The notes: a model not told the origin generated them from the sequence alone. DNA of 64,000 nt from Chloroflexota bacterium (GCA_034189695.1 JAXHUA010000141.1:3341-67340), one strand, 5' to 3'; counted from the first letter of the stretch, positions 1 through 12,503 are shown. Numbers and translations: made by a program.

Positions 1-2179
<2,179 letters not shown>

Positions 2180-2219
2180 CTTCCCCAGCCGTTTCCTTTA
2201 GCGTTGCACCCACACCACG

Positions 2220-2888
2220 ATGGAGAACGGCGAGAACGAGACAGTCGTTGAGGGTGGAGAGGCGGAGGCCAGTGTCCCCTCGAACCAGCAGGCAAACGTT
2301 GTTGCCACGGGTGAAGAGACTGCCCAGGTGCCGAGAAAGAGGCGCTGGACGAAGCAGCACTGGGTCAGTCTCTTCATCGTGTTGGGCATCGCCGTTGTCT
2401 TCATCATCGTGTACATCCTCAGCAAGGCCCTCGACGACGCCTGGCTCTACGGCTACTTCGGCGTGTTCGTCGTCAGCCTCATGGCCAGCGCCACGCTCAT
2501 CATACCCATCCCCGGCTTCGCGGTGGTATTCGTCATGGGCGCGGTGCTCAACCCGTGGCTGGTGGGGCTGATGGTCGGCCTGGCCGAGCCGTTCGGCGAG
2601 TTGACCGGCTACATGGCGGGCTACAGCGGCAAGGTGGCGCTCCAGAACCGGCGGTTCTACCCCCGGCTGGAACGCTGGATGAAGCGGCGCGGTCCAGTCG
2701 TCCTGTTCGGCTTCTCGGCCCTGCCCAACCCCTTCACTGACGTCGCCGGGGTGGCCGCCGGCGCCATCCGCTACCCCATATGGAAATTCCTCCTGGTCAT
2801 GTTCATCGGCAAGACCGTCAAGGGGTGGATAGTGGCCTTTGCCGGCTACTGGACCCTTCGGCTGGTCGTGCAGATGCTGGTGGGATAG
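2220..2888 (+). CDS. DedA/YqaA-family (VTT domain) integral membrane protein
   Basis: About 60-aa hydrophilic N-terminus followed by four or five TM helices; the motif GYSGKVALQ...FGFSALPNPFTDVAGVAAGA is typical of SNARE-associated/DedA proteins. Confidence 0.6.
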   Translation: MENGENETVVEGGEAEASVPSNQQANVVATGEETAQVPRKRRWTKQHWVSLFIVLGIAVVFIIVYILSKALDDAWLYGYFGVFVVSLMASATLIIPIPGFAVVFVMGAVLNPWLVGLMVGLAEPFGELTGYMAGYSGKVALQNRRFYPRLERWMKRRGPVVLFGFSALPNPFTDVAGVAAGAIRYPIWKFLLVMFIGKTVKGWIVAFAGYWTLRLVVQMLVG

Positions 2889-3065
2889 TCAGCCGCCTGC
2901 TTCTCGGGCCTCAACACAGCTTCTTCCCCGCTATCGCCGTATGCCACGTTCAATGACCCTCCAGGCAAGTAGCAGGTCAAGTTCAATCCTGGTGAGCGCC
3001 GAAGTTGGCTCCTCTTTTCCAACGAGTTTCAACCACAACTTGGCTAATCCCGAGAGCGCGGTCAT

Positions 3066-3094
3066 TTGACACCCCAATCGGGGTGGCGTATAAT
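3066..3094 (+). promoter_or_regulatory. consensus sigma-70 promoter (TTGACA-17-TATAAT) whose predicted TSS coincides with the rpmH ATG, giving a leaderless mRNA
   Basis: TTGACA at 3066-3071, a 17-nt spacer, TATAAT at 3089-3094, and the ATG at 3101 only 6 nt downstream with no SD. Confidence 0.6.
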
Positions 3095-3100
3095 TCAGCA

Positions 3101-3238
3101 ATGCCCAAGCGGACATATCAACCCAAGAGAATACCAAGGAAGCGCAAACACGGCTTCCTGAAGCGAATGAGCACCCGTGGCGGTAGAGCAGTGCTGAAGA
3201 GGAGGAGGCTAAGGGGTCGGGTACGGCTCGCTGTGTAG
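3101..3238 (+). CDS. rpmH: 50S ribosomal protein L34
   Basis: [40 protein letters not shown] is the canonical L34 sequence; the ORF tool starts earlier at 3005, but the conserved N-terminus begins at 3101. Confidence 0.9.
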   Translation: MPKRTYQPKRIPRKRKHGFLKRMSTRGGRAVLKRRRLRGRVRLAV

Positions 3239-3239
3239 A

Positions 3240-3605
3240 ATGAGGAGAGAACAGCGACTTGCCAGTAAGAAGGACTTCGAGGCTGTATATAAGAGAGGGA
3301 GAACACGCTCCAACAGGCTGCTTGTACTGAGGGTTGTGCCCAACGAGCTTGGGCGGAACCGCTACGGCTTCGCGGTGGGCAAGCGGCTCGGCGGGGCGGT
3401 GGTGAGGAACCGCGTCAAGAGACGGCTACGAGAAGGGGCAAGGCTCGCACCGACCGAACAGGGCTGGGACATAGTGCTCATTGCGCGTCACGATGCCGTC
3501 GACGCCGACTATCAGACTTTGAAGAGGGCAATGGAGGAATTGCTGGACCGGGCGCACCTACTGTGCAACGGGGGGAAGAGGGGCTTTGACGACTCTGGCC
3601 CGTGA
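3240..3605 (+). CDS. rnpA: RNase P protein component
   Basis: 121 aa, basic, with an RnpA-like N-terminus ([11 protein letters not shown]...[22 protein letters not shown]); located immediately after rpmH as in the conserved operon. Confidence 0.85.
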   Translation: MRREQRLASKKDFEAVYKRGRTRSNRLLVLRVVPNELGRNRYGFAVGKRLGGAVVRNRVKRRLREGARLAPTEQGWDIVLIARHDAVDADYQTLKRAMEELLDRAHLLCNGGKRGFDDSGP

Positions 3606-3837
3606 GCGTTGCAGTTTCGCGGAAGTCCCGATGCGGGTTGCTTTGGGGCTGATTCGCTTCTATCAGATGACCGTATCGCAGGTAATGCCGCATTCGTGCC
3701 GCTTCGTCCCCTCCTGCTCTCAGTACACTTTTGAGGCGATTGCTAAACACGGCCTGTTAAGGGGCATTTGGCTGGGGTCGAAACGGCTTGCCCGTTGTCA
3801 TCCCTTCAATCCAGGGGGATACGACCCCGTCCCCTGA
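3586..3837 (+). CDS. yidD: membrane protein insertion efficiency factor YidD
   Basis: LIRFYQ...SPxxxxSCRFxPSCSQY...HG...G..LGxKRLxRCHPF is the YidD signature; the true start may be the internal Met at 3631. Confidence 0.85.
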   Translation: MTTLARERCSFAEVPMRVALGLIRFYQMTVSQVMPHSCRFVPSCSQYTFEAIAKHGLLRGIWLGSKRLARCHPFNPGGYDPVP

Positions 3838-3870
3838 TGTCCCTTCTCCTGCCGCTCATATGATGCCTTC

Positions 3871-5007
3871 ATGAAAACGAAGCTGTCGATCGTATTCGCT
3901 TTGCTGCTTGCAGGCTGCTTGTTGCTCACAGGATGCTTTCCTGGCGCCGGAGGCAGTCTGTTCTCCTGCGGCGGCGCTGCCCCAGCAGGATGGTCGGGAC
4001 CGGTCCTTGGCAACGACACCCTGTACGTGGGGACAATGACCGGCCAGGTCATCGCCCTTGAGAACGTGGGCGAGCCTATCGTAAAGTTCAAGTGGATGTA
4101 CCCCCCCGGAGGCGAGACAGCGCTGGCCAGCGTCTACGGCAACCCCGCCATCGGAGAGGACTCCATCTTCGTTGGGACGTACGACGGGAAGGTTTACGCT
4201 TTCTACACCGAGAACGGATTGCCCCAGTGGCTCACCTCATACAAGACCGGCGGCGCCATAGTAGGCAGCCCGGCCATCAGCGACGGCACCGTCTACATTG
4301 GCACGTCCCAAGGGGGACTCCACGCTATCGACGCCGCGACAGGCACGGCTAAGCTGGGGTTCGCCATGTTCCAGACGGAGGGACACGACGAGATCTGGGC
4401 TACGCCGGTGGTGCATGACGGCGTGGTCTACGTCGCTGCCTTCGACGGAAGGCTATACGCCCTGGACGCCGCCTCCGGCGACCAGGTATGGGAGCCCTTC
4501 CAGACTGGGGGAGCCATCGCCTGCACCCCGTTGATCCACGACGACGTCATCTATTTCGGCTCTTTTGACCGCAAGTTCTACGCCCTCAACAAAGATGGCA
4601 GCCAGAAGTGGGCCGAGCCTTTCGAGGCCGACGGCTGGTTCTGGGCGAAGGCGGTTGCATACGACGGTACCGTGATTGTGGCCTCTCTCGACGGCCGGGT
4701 GTACGCGTTGAACGCCGACACGGGGGCGTTGGTCTGGCAGTATCCCGAGGACGGCCAGGTCGGCTCCATCCGGGGTGACCCGGCACTCGTGGGAGACCTG
4801 TTCGTCCTTGGCTCCGAGGACGGAAAGGTGTATGCCCTTGACGCGGTGACCGGAGTGGAGAAGTGGCAGCGTGACCTGGAAAGCCCGGTTCGGGCCTCCC
4901 TCTACGGCGGAGACGGCGTAGTCTTCGTCCAGGCTTCGAACCAGAAAGTCTACGCAATCGAGACGGAGGATGCACGCCCGAGGTGGGTCTTCTCCACCAA
5001 GGAGTGA
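3871..5007 (+). CDS. PQQ-repeat beta-propeller lipoprotein (BamB-like fold)
   Basis: Signal peptide plus lipobox LLAGC; repeated PQQ-like blades (DGxVYAxD/ALNADTGALVWQY motifs). Confidence 0.65.
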   Translation: MKTKLSIVFALLLAGCLLLTGCFPGAGGSLFSCGGAAPAGWSGPVLGNDTLYVGTMTGQVIALENVGEPIVKFKWMYPPGGETALASVYGNPAIGEDSIFVGTYDGKVYAFYTENGLPQWLTSYKTGGAIVGSPAISDGTVYIGTSQGGLHAIDAATGTAKLGFAMFQTEGHDEIWATPVVHDGVVYVAAFDGRLYALDAASGDQVWEPFQTGGAIACTPLIHDDVIYFGSFDRKFYALNKDGSQKWAEPFEADGWFWAKAVAYDGTVIVASLDGRVYALNADTGALVWQYPEDGQVGSIRGDPALVGDLFVLGSEDGKVYALDAVTGVEKWQRDLESPVRASLYGGDGVVFVQASNQKVYAIETEDARPRWVFSTKE

Positions 5008-5027
5008 TGTAGCGCAGCGCTGTATCG

Positions 5028-6023
5028 ATGTTTAAGCTGAGCAGAAACACCATCATCGTGATCGCGGTCGCAGTGGCCATCATCGTTGTTCTGGCGGTGT
5101 TCGGGCCGGTTGAGGTATGGAACAACGTCCTCCTGCGGCCGATGATGAACTTCCTCGTCCTGCTGTCTTATGTCTTCTTCGGCAGCTTCGGAGTGGCCAT
5201 CATCGTCCTCACCATAATCGTTCGTTTGCTGACATTCCCGCTGACCCTGAGACAGATGAAGGCCACCAAGTCCATGAGCACCCTGGCCCCCAAGATGCAG
5301 GAGCTTCAGAAGAAGTACGCCAAGGACCAGGAGAAGCTGAGGAAGGAAGTGGCCGCCCTGTACAAGGAGGCGGGGGTTAATCCCATAGGCTGCACGTGGC
5401 CAATGCTGGTGCAGTTCCCCATCTGGATCGCGCTGTACCAGTCTGTAACGCGCACCCTCGCCACGTCGCCCGAGGAACTCATCAGCCTGTCCCAGAATCT
5501 CTATTCCCTCCCGATCATCCAGCAGTCGGTCCCTCTGGAGGCAAGCTTTCTCTGGCTGAACCTGGGCGTTCCTGACACGTACTTCGTTCTTGCCATCCTT
5601 TGCGGTGCATCCATGTGGGTGTTGCAGAAGATGTCCACCGTCCCGGCGGCGGACCCGAAACAGCAGTCCATGACCAAGACGATGGTGTGGATGATGCCGC
5701 TCATATTCGCCATGTTCACCTTGATGGTCCCCAGCGGACTTGGCCTTTTCTGGGTAGTCTCAAACATCATCGGTATCATAATGCAGTACTTCGTGACCGG
5801 TTGGGGGGGACTCTTCTCCCGCGCGCCCGCCGCGGCGCCAGCCGCTGCCACCGAGCAACCAAAGCAACTGGAGACACCGCTGGGGGCTGAGCAAGAGGCG
5901 CAACTGGAGACCGAGAGAACGAAACAGGAGAAGAGGTCGGAGCATGGAAAGTCTCGAGATAAGCGCAAAGACCGAAGAGGAAGCCGTCGCGACCGCTCTC
6001 GAAAAGCTCGGCGCCGCTCGTGA
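5028..6023 (+). CDS. yidC: membrane protein insertase YidC (short Gram-positive/YidC2-like form with basic C-tail)
   Basis: Five TMs; conserved LTxPLxxxQxKSMxxMxxLxPKMQELQKKY region; Lys/Arg-rich C-terminus. Confidence 0.85.
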   Translation: MFKLSRNTIIVIAVAVAIIVVLAVFGPVEVWNNVLLRPMMNFLVLLSYVFFGSFGVAIIVLTIIVRLLTFPLTLRQMKATKSMSTLAPKMQELQKKYAKDQEKLRKEVAALYKEAGVNPIGCTWPMLVQFPIWIALYQSVTRTLATSPEELISLSQNLYSLPIIQQSVPLEASFLWLNLGVPDTYFVLAILCGASMWVLQKMSTVPAADPKQQSMTKTMVWMMPLIFAMFTLMVPSGLGLFWVVSNIIGIIMQYFVTGWGGLFSRAPAAAPAAATEQPKQLETPLGAEQEAQLETERTKQEKRSEHGKSRDKRKDRRGSRRDRSRKARRRS

Positions 6024-6588
6024 TGAGGTCGACATAGAGGTCGTCAAGAAAGGCAAAGCGGGGTTCCTCGGCATCGGTGGGGAAGAGGCGACGGTGAGGG
6101 TATCTCGGCGCCAGCCGGGAGTGCCGACCGAAGAGGCCGTCGATATGGCAGAGGAGGTCCTGGAGAAACTCCTCTCGCTGATGGACATCTCGGGCACCAT
6201 TGAAAGAAGGGTGGCTGAATCTGAGAGCGAAGGTATGGAGGTGCTCGATATTACCGGCCAGAACCTGGGTCTCCTCATCGGCAGAAGGGGTCAGACCCTG
6301 TTCTCCTTGCAGCACCTGATATACCTGATGGTGAGTCACAAGACGAAGGCACGTGTGCCGGTGATTATCGACGTTGAGGGATACCGAGAGCGACGCCGGG
6401 AATCCCTTACCCATCTGGCGCGCCGCATGGCGGAGTCTGTTGAATCCAGCGGCCAGTCGGTCAGCCTCGAACCAATGCCCGCATTCGAACGAAGAATCGT
6501 ACACCTGGCGTTGCAGGACTTCCCAGGAGTTGTCACCGAGAGCGAGGGTGACGGTGAGTCGCGCAAGGTCATCATCAAGAAGCGGTAG
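5944..6588 (+). CDS. jag: Jag/KhpB (EloR) RNA-binding protein with Jag_N, KH and R3H domains
   Basis: GFLGIGGEEA, KH-like GLLIGRRGQTL and R3H EPMPAFERRIVHLAL motifs; a GGAG RBS lies 4 nt upstream; the gene overlaps the yidC 3' end by 80 nt. Confidence 0.8.
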   Translation: MESLEISAKTEEEAVATALEKLGAARDEVDIEVVKKGKAGFLGIGGEEATVRVSRRQPGVPTEEAVDMAEEVLEKLLSLMDISGTIERRVAESESEGMEVLDITGQNLGLLIGRRGQTLFSLQHLIYLMVSHKTKARVPVIIDVEGYRERRRESLTHLARRMAESVESSGQSVSLEPMPAFERRIVHLALQDFPGVVTESEGDGESRKVIIKKR

Positions 6589-6624
6589 CCCTTGACGGCA
6601 CCCTCACCATTTGCTACTTTGCAT

Positions 6625-6890
6625 AGGAAAAGGCGACGACGGAGACGAGTACGGGGGACACGGCGCTCAGCGAGTCTGGTCCGGTGAGAGCAGACGCGAC
6701 CCTCCCTCTGAAAATCCCTCCCGAGCTGCCAACCGAACGCGGCACGTCAGTGCGCCAGTAGACTTGGCCGGCCTCGTCAGCCGTTATCCCGACGGAGGCA
6801 TGAATGTGCCTTCAACGAGTGCCCCGCACGCGGGGAAGTAGGGTGGTACCGCGGGCTATGAGCTCGTCCCTTGAGGACGGGCTTTTCTTA
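6625..6890 (+). ncRNA. T-box riboswitch leader (Ile-tRNA-responsive, inferred) with intrinsic terminator, upstream of ileS
   Basis: The T-box consensus AAGUAGGGUGGUACCGCGG lies at 6836-6854, directly followed by an 8-bp GC hairpin (6862-6882) and a T-tract (6883-6888). The 5' boundary is approximate. Confidence 0.7.
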
Positions 6891-6950
6891 TAGGTGGCTA
6901 CGCCAGGCGCATTCGAATCAAGACTGCACATGCAGAAGCGAGAGAACCGC

Positions 6951-9900
6951 ATGTTTGAACCGGTATCCAGCAAGGCAAGCTTCCCGGAACTCGAGAAGCG
7001 CATCATCGAGCTCTGGAAGGAGAGGCGCATCTTCGAGAGGAGCGTTGAAGAGCGCCGGGCGGGGCCTCTGTTCGTGCTCTACGAAGGGCCGCCCACGGCC
7101 AACGCCAGCCCGGGCGTGCACCACGTATTGTCGCGTGTCTTCAAGGACGCGATACCCCGCTACAAGACCATGAAAGGCTACTGCTGCCCGCGCAAGGCCG
7201 GCTGGGACACGCACGGGCTGCCGGTGGAGCTTGAAATCGAGAGGGAACTGGGCCTGTCGAGCAAGGCCGAGATCGAGGCCTACGGCGTTGCCAGGTTCAA
7301 TGCCAGGTGCCGCGACAGCGTATTCCGCTATGTCAGGGAGTGGGATGACCTGACCGAGCGCATCGCCTTCTGGGTGGATATGGAGCACCCGTACATAACG
7401 CTCCACAACGAGTACATCGAGTCCTGCTGGTGGATTGTGAAACAGCTATGGGACAGCGGCCTCATGTACCAGGGGTATCGCGTGACGCCGCACTGCCCCC
7501 GCTGCGGCACATCGCTCTCATCCCACGAAGTGGCCCTGGGGTACGATGAAGCCGACGACCCGTCGGTGTACATCAAGTTCAGGGTCGACCCGGCGTCAAT
7601 ACCCGACACACCGCTCGATTCGCTTCTCCAAGCTGCCGGCCCGGGCCTCAAGCCGGTCTACCTGCTGGCGTGGACGACGACTCCGTGGACGCTGCCGGGC
7701 AACACCGCCCTGGCAGTCGCCCCGGATGCCGACTACTCCGTGATGGAGGGAGAGAACGACTATCTCATCATGGCTTCGGCGCTCGTCAGCCTGGTGGGGC
7801 TCGAAGACTACCGCGAGGCAGGCAGGGTTGCCGGGGAAGCGATCGCGGGCACGCTGACGTATGAACCGCTGTACAACCCTCATACCTTCGACATAGAGCG
7901 CAAGCGTTTCCGGGACGACCACTTGACGGTGGAGGACCCGGACGACCGGTTGCGGTACAGGGTCATTGACGCCGGCTTCGTCTCGATGGAGGACGGCACC
8001 GGCATCGTCCACGTTGCGCCCTCCTTCGGCGATGTGGACTACGAAGCCGGTCAGGACAGGGGCCTTGACTTCGTGAGGGACTACGTGGACCTCCAGGGCA
8101 TGGTGCGTGGTACCTACCCCTTCGCCGGCAGGTTCGTGAAGGAGGCCGACCCGCTGATCCTGGAAGACCTGAAGTCGCGCGGGCTGCTGTACCGCAGCGA
8201 GACCGTCCGCCACACCTACCCGTTCTGCTGGCGCTGCCGGACGCCGCTGCTCTACTACGCCAAGCCGTCGTGGTACATCCGTACCACGGCCCGGAAGGAC
8301 CGCCTCATCTCGGGCAACGACGAGATCAACTGGTACCCGGAGCACATCAAGCGCGGACGCTTCGGTGACTGGCTGGAGAACAACGTGGACTGGGCGGTCT
8401 CCCGCGAGCGATACTGGGGAACGCCTCTGCCCATCTGGCGCTGCGACGGCTGTGGCAGGGAGGAATGCGTCGGGAGCGTGGCGGAGCTGAAAGCCAAGCC
8501 AGGGTTCCGCGGTCTCGAGGAGCCCCTCGACCTCCACCGGCCCTTCGTGGACGCGGTGTCATTCGAATGCAACGAGTGCCACGGCCGGATGCAGCGATTG
8601 CCCGACGTCCTCGACGCCTGGTTCGATTCTGGAGCGATGCCGGTGTGCCAGTGGCACTATCCCTTCGAGAACGCCGACACGTTCAAACGCTTCTTCCCCG
8701 CCGACTACATCTGCGAGGCAGTCGACCAGACGAGAGGCTGGTTCTACACCCTGCACGCGCTGTCCACCCTCCTCTTCGACCAGCCCTGCTTCAGGAACGT
8801 CATCTGCCTGGGGCACATCCTCGACGCCCAGGGCGAGAAGATGAGCAAGTCGAAGGGCAACGTGGTGGACCCGTGGTCGGTGATAGACAAGCACGGGGCC
8901 GACGCCCTGAGGTGGTATCTGGTGACCTCCTCACCGGCGGGCAGCGTGCGCCGCTTCTCGGCCCAGCTCGTCGGCGAAGGACTGAAGAGGTTCATCCTCA
9001 CCCTGTGGAACGTGTACTCGTTCTTCGTCACCTACGCCAACATCGACAGCTTCGACCCGCGTGCGGCGACCGGTGCCGCGTGCGACGCAGAGCTGGACCG
9101 CTGGATACTGTCCGAGCTGAACCAGGTCGTCGACAGGGTGACGAGGGCGCTCGAAGGGTACGACCCGACCGATGCCGGACGGGCCGTTCAGGACCTCGTA
9201 GAGGACCTGTCGAACTGGTACGTGAGAAGGAGCCGCAGGCGCTTCTGGAAGAGCGAGAACGACGCCGACAAACTGGCGGCGTACGCCACGCTGTACCACT
9301 GCCTGGTGACGGTGGCCAAGCTGCTCGCCCCGCTGACCCCGTTCCTGGCCGAGGAGCTGTACCAGAACCTGGTCCGCTCCGTCTACCCCGATGAACCCGA
9401 GAGCGTGCACCTGGCCACCTTCCCCGAGGCTGACCTCTCCCGGGTCGACGAGCAACTGACCGGGGATACTCACCTGGCGATGAAGGTATCCAGCCTGGGC
9501 AGGTCGGCAAGGAGCAAGGCCGGCATCAAGGTGCGCCAGCCGCTGGCGAGGGTGGTCGTCGGGGCGAGGCCAAAGGGCGAGCGCGAAGGGCTGGCGAGGG
9601 TGAGAGCCCAGGTGCTGGAGGAGCTCAACGTCAAGGAGATGGAGTTCGCCGACTCCCTCGACTCGCCCGACCTGGTAAGTGCCGAGGACGGGGGTTTCGC
9701 TGTCGCCATCGACACGCACCTCACGCCCGAGCTGGCGGACGAGGGGCTGGCCCGCGAGATCGTCCACCGCCTTCAGACGATGCGCAAGCAGGCCGGCTTC
9801 GACATCGCCGACTACATTGTGACCTATTTCGAGGGAGGCGAAGCGCTCCGCCGCGTGGTGAGCGGGTTCGCCGACTATATCAAGCAGGAGACGCTGTCGC

Positions 9901-9998
9901 GCGATCTCGCCCAGAGCATACCCCCGGACGCCTACCGGGAGACGCACCGGCTAGCTGGCGAGGAAATGGTGTTCGGGGTGAAGAAGCTCCCTCTCTAA
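6951..9998 (+). CDS. ileS: isoleucine--tRNA ligase (type 2, HxxH variant HHVL, KMSKS present)
   Basis: PPTANASPGVHHVL class-I motif, KMSKSKGNVVDP, CP1 editing domain and anticodon-binding C-terminus. The ORF opens at 6894, but the conserved N-terminus begins at Met 6951. Confidence 0.9.
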   Translation: MFEPVSSKASFPELEKRIIELWKERRIFERSVEERRAGPLFVLYEGPPTANASPGVHHVLSRVFKDAIPRYKTMKGYCCPRKAGWDTHGLPVELEIERELGLSSKAEIEAYGVARFNARCRDSVFRYVREWDDLTERIAFWVDMEHPYITLHNEYIESCWWIVKQLWDSGLMYQGYRVTPHCPRCGTSLSSHEVALGYDEADDPSVYIKFRVDPASIPDTPLDSLLQAAGPGLKPVYLLAWTTTPWTLPGNTALAVAPDADYSVMEGENDYLIMASALVSLVGLEDYREAGRVAGEAIAGTLTYEPLYNPHTFDIERKRFRDDHLTVEDPDDRLRYRVIDAGFVSMEDGTGIVHVAPSFGDVDYEAGQDRGLDFVRDYVDLQGMVRGTYPFAGRFVKEADPLILEDLKSRGLLYRSETVRHTYPFCWRCRTPLLYYAKPSWYIRTTARKDRLISGNDEINWYPEHIKRGRFGDWLENNVDWAVSRERYWGTPLPIWRCDGCGREECVGSVAELKAKPGFRGLEEPLDLHRPFVDAVSFECNECHGRMQRLPDVLDAWFDSGAMPVCQWHYPFENADTFKRFFPADYICEAVDQTRGWFYTLHALSTLLFDQPCFRNVICLGHILDAQGEKMSKSKGNVVDPWSVIDKHGADALRWYLVTSSPAGSVRRFSAQLVGEGLKRFILTLWNVYSFFVTYANIDSFDPRAATGAACDAELDRWILSELNQVVDRVTRALEGYDPTDAGRAVQDLVEDLSNWYVRRSRRRFWKSENDADKLAAYATLYHCLVTVAKLLAPLTPFLAEELYQNLVRSVYPDEPESVHLATFPEADLSRVDEQLTGDTHLAMKVSSLGRSARSKAGIKVRQPLARVVVGARPKGEREGLARVRAQVLEELNVKEMEFADSLDSPDLVSAEDGGFAVAIDTHLTPELADEGLAREIVHRLQTMRKQAGFDIADYIVTYFEGGEALRRVVSGFADYIKQETLSRDLAQSIPPDAYRETHRLAGEEMVFGVKKLPL

Positions 9999-11068
9999 CC
10001 CTGTGCCCTCTCTACCAGGGTTGCAGTCGTAGTGCGCCGACTGCTGCCGCGATAGTAGGTAATGGATACCCTGTCCCCTATCTCGTGGGCCCGAATGGCC
10101 AGCACCGCGTCATCCGCTGTCGCCACCGCCTCGTCGCCTATGGCCACGATAACATCGCCCACCCTGAGCCCGGAGCGGTCGGCCGGGCTTCCGCTCGCCA
10201 GAGTGCTCACCAGTGCCCCTTCGTCGACCGCCAGACTGTAGTTGCGGGCGATGGTGGGGGTCACCGTGACCATTGAGACGCCGAGGTAGGGGCGCGTGAC
10301 GTAGCCTCTGGCTATCAGTTCCTCGGTCACGCCCCTGGCGGTGTTCGAGCTGACGGCGAAGCCAACGCCGGAGACCTCGACGGCGGCTATCTTGGCGGTA
10401 TTGATGCCCACCACCTCGCCTTTGAGGTTGACCAGCGGTCCGCCGCTGTTCCCGGGATTGATGGCGGCATCGGTCTGCACCAGGTCGTAGAGCGTCACGC
10501 CGGTGCTCTCCTGCAAGATGCGGCCCACGGCGCTCACCACGCCCACGGTAACCGTGGGCCCGCCGGGCAGGCCGAGGGCGTTGCCGATGGCGATTACCCA
10601 CTCGCCAACCCCGAGGCTGGCCGAATCGCCGAAGCTCACCACCGGCAAGTCCTGGCCCTCGATCTTGATCACCGCCAGGTCGCTGAGCGGGTCAGCCCCG
10701 ACGAGAGAGGCGTCGAAGCTGCGCCCATCCGGGAGGGTCACCGATATGGTCTCGGCCCCACGGACGACGTGGTTGTTGGTGACTATGTACCCCGCCTCGT
10801 CGATGATGAACCCGGAGCCAGCCGCCTCCTGGGGAACCGGCTGGAGGAAGATATTGTACCCAACCTTGCCGACAACAACCGAGGCCACTGCCGGCTTCAC
10901 CGCCTCCACAACCTCGGTTATCGAGGGCAACGCTGTGTACGAAGTTGTGGAGGCGGTCAGCGTGGCTGTCGGTGTGGGCGTCGGGGTGCTGGTGGTGGTA
11001 CCGGTGCACCCAGCAAGCAGACCCAGTGCCAGAATCAAGACCGCAAGGATCACCCTCATCCTGGTCAT
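9995..11068 (-). CDS. htrA: HtrA/DegP-family trypsin-like serine protease with PDZ domain, lipoprotein signal
   Basis: Signal peptide/lipobox LLAGCTG; Thr/Pro linker; catalytic triad context TNNHVV...DLAVIK...GNSGGPL; C-terminal PDZ. Confidence 0.85.
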   Translation of the reverse strand: MTRMRVILAVLILALGLLAGCTGTTTSTPTPTPTATLTASTTSYTALPSITEVVEAVKPAVASVVVGKVGYNIFLQPVPQEAAGSGFIIDEAGYIVTNNHVVRGAETISVTLPDGRSFDASLVGADPLSDLAVIKIEGQDLPVVSFGDSASLGVGEWVIAIGNALGLPGGPTVTVGVVSAVGRILQESTGVTLYDLVQTDAAINPGNSGGPLVNLKGEVVGINTAKIAAVEVSGVGFAVSSNTARGVTEELIARGYVTRPYLGVSMVTVTPTIARNYSLAVDEGALVSTLASGSPADRSGLRVGDVIVAIGDEAVATADDAVLAIRAHEIGDRVSITYYRGSSRRTTTATLVERAQG

Positions 11069-11135
11069 GACTTCCTCCGGCCCATAGTATACTATCGGCC
11101 GTAAAGGGTCTGTAAACCCGCCGGTCTACCGTCGC

Positions 11136-12503
11136 CTAGGCACCAGGTACTTTCGGCAACTGTTCGAGCGCTTGCCTGACCTTCTCCTCAGGATAGGCGA
11201 AGTCCACAAGCTTGCCCGACAGGTAAGCATCATAGGCTGCGAGATCCAGATAGCCATGCCCGCTGTGGGCAATCAGGATGGTTTTTGCCTCGCCTGACTC
11301 CTTGCAGCGGAGTGCCTCATCGATACCTGCTCTGATGTTATGGCACGGCTCAGGGGCGCTGATGATGCCCTCGCTTCGGGCGAACTGTATCCCCGCGTCG
11401 AAGGTGCCTACCTGATGCTCGGCGCGCGCCTCGACCAGGCCCAGGTTGTGAAGGTGGCAGATGATGGGCGCCATCCCGTGGTAGCGCAGCCCACCGGCGT
11501 GAATCGGGGACGGAATGAAGGAATGCCCCAGGGTGTACATCTTCAGAAGCGGGGTCAGACCGGCTACGTCGCCGAAGTCATAGGCATAGGGCCCTTTGGT
11601 CAGGCTGGGTGCGGCCGTAGGCTCGACACAGATGATGCGGAGGTCTGGCTTCGCCCCGCTGATCTTGTCTCTAATCCACGGCAGGAATTGCCCGCCGAAG
11701 TTCGACCCGCCGCCGATGTTGCCCACGATGATGTCGGGGTAAGCATCGGCCATCTCCATTTGCTTCCTGGTCTCCTCACCTATAATGGTCTGATGAAGCA
11801 GGACATGGTTGAGGACGCTCCCCAGCGAGTACTTGGTATCCTCGCGGCTGGCGGCATCCTCCACTGCCTCACTGATAGCCATGCCCAGGCTCCCAGTGCA
11901 GTCGGGGTCTTCCTTGAGGATACGGCGGCCAACTTCAGTATCCTCGCTGGGGCTGGCCACACACTTGGCTCCCCAGGCCTCCATCAAGATGCGGCGATAC
12001 GGCTTCTGGTTGAAGCTGATCTTGACCATGTAGACCTTGATCTCAATGCCGAACATGGCGCCAGCCATGCTCAGGGCGCTTCCCCATTGCCCGGCACCGG
12101 TCTCGGTGGAGATCCGCTTGACGCCCTCCTTCTTGTTGTAGTAGCACTGCGCGACAGCGGTGTTGGGCTTGTGACTGCCCGCCTGGCTCGTTCCTTCGTA
12201 CTTGTAGAAGATCTTCGCCGGCGTGTCCAAAGCCTTCTCAAGCCGGTGCGCTCGATGCAGGCCCGTTGGTCTCCAGGTGCGGTAGATCTCCTGCACCTCC
12301 TCAGGGATTTCAATCCAGCGCTCCTGACTCATCTCCTGCTTGATGAGCTCCATGGGAAAAAGCGGCGCCAGGTCATCGGGCCCCAAGGGCTTACCTGTAC
12401 CAGGATGGAGCGGCGGCGGCAGCGGCTCCGGCAGGTCAGGCTGGATGTTGTACCAATGAGTCGGCATGTCCTTCTGGTCTAGAAAGTACATTCCCTTCTC
12501 CAC
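11136..12503 (-). CDS. trpB: TrpB2-type tryptophan synthase beta-like PLP enzyme
   Basis: 455 aa (long TrpB2 form); the PLP lysine region HKPNTA...GAGQWG...GGGSNFGG resembles the TrpB glycine loop; stand-alone, with no trpA adjacent. Confidence 0.8.
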   Translation of the reverse strand: MEKGMYFLDQKDMPTHWYNIQPDLPEPLPPPLHPGTGKPLGPDDLAPLFPMELIKQEMSQERWIEIPEEVQEIYRTWRPTGLHRAHRLEKALDTPAKIFYKYEGTSQAGSHKPNTAVAQCYYNKKEGVKRISTETGAGQWGSALSMAGAMFGIEIKVYMVKISFNQKPYRRILMEAWGAKCVASPSEDTEVGRRILKEDPDCTGSLGMAISEAVEDAASREDTKYSLGSVLNHVLLHQTIIGEETRKQMEMADAYPDIIVGNIGGGSNFGGQFLPWIRDKISGAKPDLRIICVEPTAAPSLTKGPYAYDFGDVAGLTPLLKMYTLGHSFIPSPIHAGGLRYHGMAPIICHLHNLGLVEARAEHQVGTFDAGIQFARSEGIISAPEPCHNIRAGIDEALRCKESGEAKTILIAHSGHGYLDLAAYDAYLSGKLVDFAYPEEKVRQALEQLPKVPGA

